Shown here piece by piece: positions 40,147 to 49,100 of a stretch of 64,000 nt of DNA. The stretch covers positions 1 through 64,000 of IMG/VR virus record IMGVR_UViG_3300020442_002364; one strand, 5' to 3'. The notes under the pieces are model-generated. The model saw only the letters and a list, made by a program, of their open reading frames with translations, did not search any database and was not told the origin of the DNA. Numbering within the stretch: the first letter of the stretch is position 1; each line of letters starts with the position of its first letter. The DNA comes from a virus. The position numbers and the translations under genes are program-made.

Positions 40147-43100
40147 ATGATCTCAGACGGATCTCTGGGAGAAGTGAGATGTTTCCACTTGTAGTTCTAG
40201 CAAATGGATATTCTACGGAGAATTCTGTAGAACTAATGAACGTTACTTTATAACTTCCATCAAATCCAGTTCCACTTGTATGCTTGAGATAAATCTCCAT
40301 TCCAGTGCTGAGGTTGTGAGCACCTGAGGTGGTAACTGTACATGCTGTACCAGAAGAACTGTAAGTTCCTGTAACAATAGTGTTAGCAAGACCAACTCCA
40401 GTAGAAGGACCAGTTCCATTGAAACCTCTACCGTTAGTTGCAACGGTAAATGTATTTGCAGATACATCTCTAGATCCGTAGAGAATTCTTTCTACAACCC
40501 AAGCAGAACCATTCCAGACTTTTATCAAAATTTCACCCTCGTCTGGGAATCCAATAGATTGAGAACTATTCCAATAAACGTTTTCTGCAGTAATAGTTGT
40601 TGCAGTAGCGTTTATTGATGCAGAAAGATATGTATTTGCTAATGGAGTTGCATTAGAAATAATTCTATCTCTCTGAGCTCTTTCAATAGAAACTGGGTGA
40701 CATGGAATTACGTTTGGTGTGGTTACGTAACCAGATCCAGAACGTAAGTTAATTACACCTGTTACCTCACCAGTGTTCGGAGAAATAGTAGTTTCTGCAA
40801 ATGCACCTTGACCACCACCACCAGTAAATACCAAGATTGGTGCTACCTCAAAGTTTCTTCCTGGATTGATAATGCTGATAGAAACAACTCTACCATTTGA
40901 TACAAATGCACTAAACTCTGCTTCAGTTGGGCGCAGTCCAGTATATTCATATGTATCAATTGTAGTAGAACTACTAACCGATGCCAAAATACGATCTGAT
41001 CCTTCACTTGCAATTTGAACAATATCGTCGGGATCTAAAGAGTTGTATGTATCTTCAATCAAGACATCATCAGAGGATCCCAAATATGCGTACATAACAA
41101 TGTTAGAACCAGATCTAGGTGCCTCAGTAAACTCAAGTTGAGACCCATTGAGATTGTATGCGACTCCTGGTTCCTGATAAACTCCATTGATAAAGATCAA
41201 CAGGTTACCAGAAGGATCGGTATTTGGATCATCAGACTCAATAGAGAACGGACTTGTATTTTCTGTGATGATGAAAATAGTAGAAGAACTATCCGCAAAA
41301 GGAGAGATGTCATCTAAAAGATTCAACTGTCCAAAGTAGAAGCAATAGAAGTCCATGTTGCCCAGTGGAGCTTCATTAAAGGTAATATTACTTCCAGTGT
41401 AAGTATAGGACTCATTCGTTCCCTTAATTTGCAGAGTGCTATTCAAGAATAACAAGAAGTTGTCGGAAGCTGGTAATGAATAGTTAACTCCACTTACCTG
41501 TGCAGTAAACGTTGTATCTACACCGTCAAATGTGACATCATTAATCTCAACTTGGAATTCCTGAGTTGGAGTTCCTGCTAATGTTGCGGTGACAATACCA
41601 TCATTACTATATCCAGATCCAGCAGCATTGATACTAATAGAGACTACTGATCCACCAACAACAGAAATATTTGCTGTTGCTCCAGATCCAGTACCTCTCT
41701 TATTGATTAATGGTTCAGCAGTATAAACTCCATCAGTATATCCAGCACCAGCAATCAAACCATCAGTGGTATTAAAGTCTTTGATGCCATCACCAAAAGT
41801 ATCAAGCGTAAATGCATTGCTGTAACTTGCTCTATCAAAATACATAATCAAAATATCAGAACCCTCTAGAGGTGCTTCAGCAAAAGTAATTACGTCACCT
41901 GTAAAACTATATCCTGCAGGGTTTTGAACAATGCCGTTGATCATCACCATCAACTGACTCTTAGCAGCAGTTTTATTTAAAAATGTGCTGATATCTGAGT
42001 TATCAACTCTGAGTTTAAATTTATTGTTAATACCATCAACAGTCAGTTGGAGTTGATGAGAAGAACCAGTTCCCAATGCAGTCAATCCAACAATAGATCC
42101 GCTTGGTGCGTCTAGAAGACGAATTGTATTGGCATCAACAACATCTACGTAATATGCAGAGTCCGCAGAAAGTCCACCAATAGGAGTTCCAGTTCTGAGA
42201 TTTGGATAATTACCTTGATCTACATTTGGAATTGTTGCTGGATTGTCAATCGCTTGAGTTAGGATTTGAGCTAAAGTAGTGATTGTGCTCTGTACATTTG
42301 CACAAGCATTAGGATCAACTGTGACTGTCAAATCTGTATTTGGTTGAATTGAAGTGTATGTTCCTGTAGGTAAACTATTATTGATTGCAAGTAAGGCAAG
42401 ATCCCTTGCGTAATTATATGCAGCAATAGTCTCTGCTTCCTCTCCACCGATATGAAGAATAGAATTTGTAGGAGTAGTTCTAGTAACACCAGTCAAATTG
42501 CCAGGACTACCAGTTGTTCCAACTGCTTGAGTGAGAATACCAAACAGAGTTGTCATTGCGGAGACAACATTCTGACAAGAGTTTATATATCCACCACCAG
42601 TAGTTCTAGTAGCGTGTGACATGCTATCTGTAGTTACCGCAGTAGTTACGATTGCAAACAGAGTATCAATAGTAGACTTAATAGCAGCACAACCACCTGG
42701 ATCTACAGTAATCGTATTGTCAATTGTTTGAGTTAGTCCATGAGAACCTTGAATAGTAATGGTCTCATTATTGATAGCTTGTCTACACATATCTCTTGCG
42801 AGATTCATGATTGCTACTGTCTCTGTTTCTTCTCCATCAACATGAGAGGTTCCAACATAGTAATTTGCAGCATCGTAGGTATAGTTGTTACCACCACTAG
42901 CAACATTCTTGGAAACTTCGTTGATAACATCAATAACATCATCAACACAGTTCTGAGATCCTGTTGGTACAGTGAAAGATGGATTTGCAATTAAATATTG
43001 CTCAACTGCTTCATTAGCGATAAAAGTCTTATTGGATTGAAGTAAGTTGTAAGCATCACCATTTCTATCAGCAACATATCCAAGTGGATCGATTGAAATA

Positions 43101-46100
43101 CTAGGATCAGTGTATTGAGTTCTAGAGGTGTGTGCTGCTGTAATTGGATAGTTTTGAATTACATCCTCACAGAGTTCCAACGCAATGTTGAATACCTGAA
43201 CGGTTTGATTTTCTTCTCCAGCAACATGAGCACCACTTACATAGAGATTAGCAGCGTCGTAGACCTCGCTATTGCCACCATAAGCAGTGTTATATGCAAT
43301 AACCTCAACAATATCAATAACGTCGTCAATACAATTCTGACTTCCTCCTGGAACAGCAAACGAAGAGTTAGCTGGATCAGCAAGCATTCTTCCAACTGCT
43401 TCTTCTGCAATAAACTCTTTATTTGCTCTTAACAGGTTTCTGGCATCTCCATACCTATCAGCAACTAGTACAGTTGTACCAATGTAAGAGTTAGCAGCAG
43501 CAACCGTAAATGCGTTTCCACCGTAACGTAAGTCATTTGCCCATGCAGCAATAACTAATCTAGTATCTCTAGCACAGACAGATCTATCGTAATCTGGAAG
43601 TTGACCATTAGTGAGAGATGGATAGGTTGCTTCCAACCAACCAATTGTCTCTTCTACAATGTAATCAATATTGGCAATAATAAGATCTCTAGCATCTAAG
43701 AATCTATCACCACCAGCATCATATACAACTCTTTGATTTGCAACTAATCCATGATTGGTTAGAGTGATCTGATTAGATGTTGTGTTGACAATACTAGAAG
43801 ATGTTGGATTAAATGCAACAGATCTTGAATTGACACTATCAACTTTAGATACTACACAAGTAAGGATTTTTTGGATATCTAAAAGTTGTCTTCCAAACAG
43901 AAGAACTTCTGTTGGTACCGCTGCAGTATAATCTGGTTTACCAAGTGCAAAATTAGCGATAGTTGAAAGTTTTCCAGTATTTTCTGCAGATGGTTTTGGT
44001 GTTACTAATGTAATGCCATTAGTCGTTCTCAGAGTATTTGGTGGTTGACCAGGAATCCACCAGTTAAAGAGATCAGTGGTCAAATAATCTCTAGTTGGCA
44101 TTGGTCTGAAGTCTTTAAATACAGACGTATCAATTAACTGTGAACCAAATACTTTAAATCCAGCTGGGTGTGCAGCAAATTTGACAGGACTCTTCCAGTC
44201 TTCGATATTGACAGAAGAAGAGATTTCATAAGAAAATTCTTGGAATCTATTACTGTCATATAATCTTTGTTCATTAATATCGAGGAATCCTGTTGTTCTT
44301 TCCCACTTGTTTCCAGAGATACTAATAGGTGAAACCTCAAACGTAGCATCTGCTCTATCAAACGCATGGATTTGACCGAAAGCAGCAGTTTGATCACCAA
44401 ATACAGGTTCACCTACCTTAAACTCACCTTCAAAAATTTCAACACTAACAACTCTTCCTTTTGAGTCCCAATTCTTAACTAAACCTCTAGCAGTAAAGGA
44501 ACTAGATGATGCACCCTGATAGATAACCTCACCAATAGCGAAGTTTGCTGGTTTCATGAATGCCTTGATATTATCTCCAAGATCAGTTGTTTCAAGAACA
44601 AAGGTAGCGAGACCATTGTTACCTAAAATTGGTTGTGAAGTAAAACTAATCGAAGTTCCAGCGTTAGCATTTGCAAGAGAAGTTGCTAATCTAATCTGAT
44701 TATTTGCTAAACCATTTGCAATCGTGTCTTCAATAGCATAGTAAGTTACACCTGTAGCAAGAGGTTGTGGTAAGATACCAAAAACTTCCTTTAAAGTAAC
44801 CGCAGTTCCAGTAGAAATCTTCGTATCGTATGGGAAGTTGATAGTGCTATTAGAAGTTAACGCAACAAAGTTATGAGATACTTTTGCTTTCACAACTGGA
44901 GCTGATAAGAATCCTCTTCCAGGGTTAATAACCTCAACCTCTTGGATAACTTCGTTCTGGATAATTGGATTTAACTGGAAGGCAGAACCACTAGAGTTCT
45001 CAAGAACAATTTCAGGTTTAGAAACAAAAGAAGAACCTCCATTAATTACCTGCAGATAATTAATCTCTTGAGTTCTAATTAATTGTAAATTATATGTTGT
45101 GTTCAACTCTGGTTTCAGAGTTCTATCGTGACTGTAATTGTAAGTGATATTATCACCACCAATTTTAACAATCTCACCAAGATCAGAAGATTTAAGTAGG
45201 ATAGATGCACCATCCCCAGTTTTCTGAACAATATTGATAACTGGAGCAGTCTCAAACTGAGACCCACCATTCTCAATTGAGATATTAGTTACGCCCTGAT
45301 TAGCAAGTTCGGCGTTAAGTATTACGTTGATTCCATTACCACCACTAACTTCAACATCAGGAGAAGAAAGATATCCAGATCCACTATTGGTAATAGTTAC
45401 TGAGTCGATGGATGCATTGATCTTTGTAATAACTGTTGCTGGATTTGCATGATTGAGACCAGTAACCGTTACAGTAAAGTCATCAGCTCCATCAGCACCA
45501 CCAGTAATCTGAGCACCCGAAATCGTAATTATATCTCCTAGTACATATGTACCACCACCAGCGGTAACTGTAACACTTGATACATCTTGAGTAACAGCAT
45601 CGATAATAACGGTGAACTCAACATTAGTTCCTCCAGTTGGGGCAACAGACTTCTGAGTTACTCCTGTATATGTGCCAGCAGTAAAGTTTGCAGATGTATT
45701 TTGAGATGTAATAGAAACAGAACTTACAGATCCATAATAAGGATCGTCAAGAATGATAGATGGTGGTTGTCTATAATTAGATCCAACCCCAGTAATCGTC
45801 AAACTTTCTAAAGATCCCGCATTCGGTCCTGTAGTAGGAACAACTGAAGCTACTGTTGCTTGAGTTCCACTGATAGCACTAATAGATGCTGAAGATGCAG
45901 ATGAATATACTTTATTAGTATTTGCATTACCAGAGGTGTACATAATGTACCCTTTGTTTGCTGCTCCAGTAACAGTATTCTTAAGTGGTTCTACCCTAAG
46001 TGTAGATGTGTCAGGAGTCCAAGATATAACTTTACCTCTAGCAGTTTGATTTCCAATTACTTGCTGTGAGGTTACAATTTCTCCAGGGAAGAAGTCGCCA

Positions 46101-49100
46101 AGTACAGATGTTAAAGTCAGATCAATAAAATCTGGCATCGTAACTACTGCTGTAGGTAAAGCGCTGCCATTGTATCCAGATCCTTTATTAGTAATTGATG
46201 TAGAAGAAAGTTCACCAGCGATAGTAGAGATTGCAGTTGCACCAAATCCAGATCTACTACTTCCAGTCAGAGCAGGTAAAGAAGAGTAGTTTCTACCTGG
46301 GTCTCCGATTGTAATCGCTCCAATACCACCCTTAGCGTAAATCGAGTTAGTAATATAAGATACACCATTTCCAGTTCCAGAGTATCCAACCTCAGGTTCA
46401 ATATTTACTTCGTATGAAATAGATTGATCGGTTACAGCTGTAACAGTATTGGTTCCAATCACTGGGTCATTAATCACATTGAAATATGATCCAGATCCAC
46501 TCGTAGTGCTATTGATATCAAAGTAGTAGAAAATACTAGCAAGATCTTTGACCTCAATAGTAATAGATTCTTGCTCTCCAGTAATTACATCATTTTCAAC
46601 AGCAAAAATATTCTTGTAACTGAATATATCTGTGTTATCACCATCTTTAGTAAATGATAATCTCTTTCCAGTGTGAGACGAATGTGAGACATCAAACTTA
46701 TATCTGTGACCATTGATAAATTGATATTTTGCCTCTTTGACATATGTTAAGGCAGATGTAACATTTGCAGTTGCAACAGTTCCAAAGTTTCTCTTTACAG
46801 CAGCTCTTCTATTACTATCAACTCTGACAACTGAGTAGTCAACTTTATCATAGGCAGATGGAGTGATTCCAGTAAGTCTGACCGTATCACCAACATTAAG
46901 ATAATGTGCAGAACTGGAATGTATTACTAATTCTTTCTCTACCTCTGTAAGTGTAATGGAAAATCCAGCACCCGCAGAAGGAGTTAGGTTATTACCTAAG
47001 TTTAGGTTAAGAGCAGAAATAGTATCACCAATCTCATATCCAACTCCAGATTGAGTAATTGTTACTGAAGTAACTGCTCCACCGCTTACAACGATAGTTG
47101 CTTTACCATTTACACCATTACCATTAGTAGTTAACGGTACATCGGTGTAAGTTCCATTCAAATAATTAGATCCGCCAGTAATCGAGGACCATCCACCCTG
47201 ATACAGATTTCCATCTGTTCTAACTCTTTGGAATGTCCACTCAACACCACCAACACCATCAATTACAGTTCCAGTAGTGTGAGATGGAATAGTTGCTCCA
47301 GAAGTTCCCGCTGCTTTTGCTCGGTATACATTTCTACCGTTAAGAACGAGATCACCTTGTTCATATGCAGTTGCAGTCACCCAAGTAGACATTAACTTGG
47401 CGCTTTGTAAATCAAAATACTTGAAGTAATAATCGTTATTATAAACCTGTACTGTAATGTCTTTTGAGAAAGTATTATCAGTTACGGATGGAGTGACTAG
47501 ATCTCCCACCTTAACATAATGGTTTTCAGTGGTGTTGATTGTTACTGTAGATTTGTCGTCATTATCAACAGCAAAGGATAAAGTATTGATCGGAACTCCA
47601 GTTACAGAAGAGATAACTGCACTAAGACCACTACCACCAGTATTTTCCTCATCAAAAGAAAGTCTATCATTTACCTTATATCCCTGACCAGCACCCTCAA
47701 TTAAATATTGGTCTACTCCACTAGAGGAATACTTATTTGTAGAAGATACAAACAGAGAATCTGCTTGAGTTCCCTTTACTAATGGATAGTATGCAAAGTA
47801 ACCAATACCATCCTCATCATACTGGAAGAACTCTCCAGTCTCAAGAGTAATAATAGTTGTAGTGTCTTCTAGTGCAAGGAAGAAGAATTCAATATCCTTA
47901 AGTTGCTTCCTCTTAACTGTCAGTGCATCAACATTGATATATGGTCCTTTATAGCGAATGGCATCTTCAGTAAACGTTTTCTGTAAACCGTTTCCATTCC
48001 AGTTAATTTCATTAGCTTGACCATAAAACTGTGGTCCAACAAAGTAAGGGAACTTAGGTCTACCAGTTACACCATCAATGCTGCAGAAGTATGCATACAC
48101 GCCATTTGGATATTCTGGAGTAACGCAGAATCTACCGTTATATTGATCAAGATCACCAAGACCTTCAACATACTCATAATCTTCAATGTAAGTTCCAAGA
48201 GGATCTGTCAGACCTGCTACTAGAGAACTTCTAGATGATTTAATTCTGTAACTAGATGAAAGTTGTTTATATTCGTTAAATGGATTTTTATTTTCAGAAT
48301 CCTTAAAACCGTATGGTCCATAGATTGGATGTCCATCATACGCCCAACCAAGAATAGGAGAGTGTTTAGTTGGATTTAATTCTGCGTAACTATCACTAAT
48401 ATTGTCTTCAAGAGCAAAGCGAAGCGCAACAGGGTTGAACATGTGTCCATATTCACCACCATAGATCAGGAAGTTAGTTCCTTCAAAAGATCCTCCGTTT
48501 GCATAATCAAGAGTTTTTCTTGGGGTATAACTATTTGGATTTACTCCTAATTCAGAGGCACTTGCAGCTTCGTTGTAAGTCAGTTCAGTTAATTTTGTTT
48601 GGAACTTTGCACCTTCACCAGGATATACAATAAAGACCTCTGTATTACCTGAAGAGTATCCAATACCTTTATTTGTAACTACAATGTTGGTAACAATGTT
48701 AGTATTTTGATCTACTTGTGCAAATGCGGTAGCACCAACTCCATCACCGACAATAATAACGTCAGGTGGACCAAAATATCTCTCACCACCAAAAGTTACA
48801 ATAATACTTTCAATTTTACCATTCAGAATTGATGGATATGCAACAGCACCGTTACCAGACACCAATGAAACGTTAGGTGGATCAATATAAGCGGTTCCTG
48901 GATTTGTAAGTGAGATTGCACTAATAGGTCCTCTAACAACTGCCTCTCCAGTCGCTCCAGAACCGCCTCCACCAGTGATATTGATCGTTGGGATCGAAGT
49001 ATACCCAGAACCAGAATTAGTGACGTTAATGGACGTTACAGCGCCGTTTGTGATGTTACATGTAGCGGATGCAGCATCAGTAGCAGATGTACCACCACCA

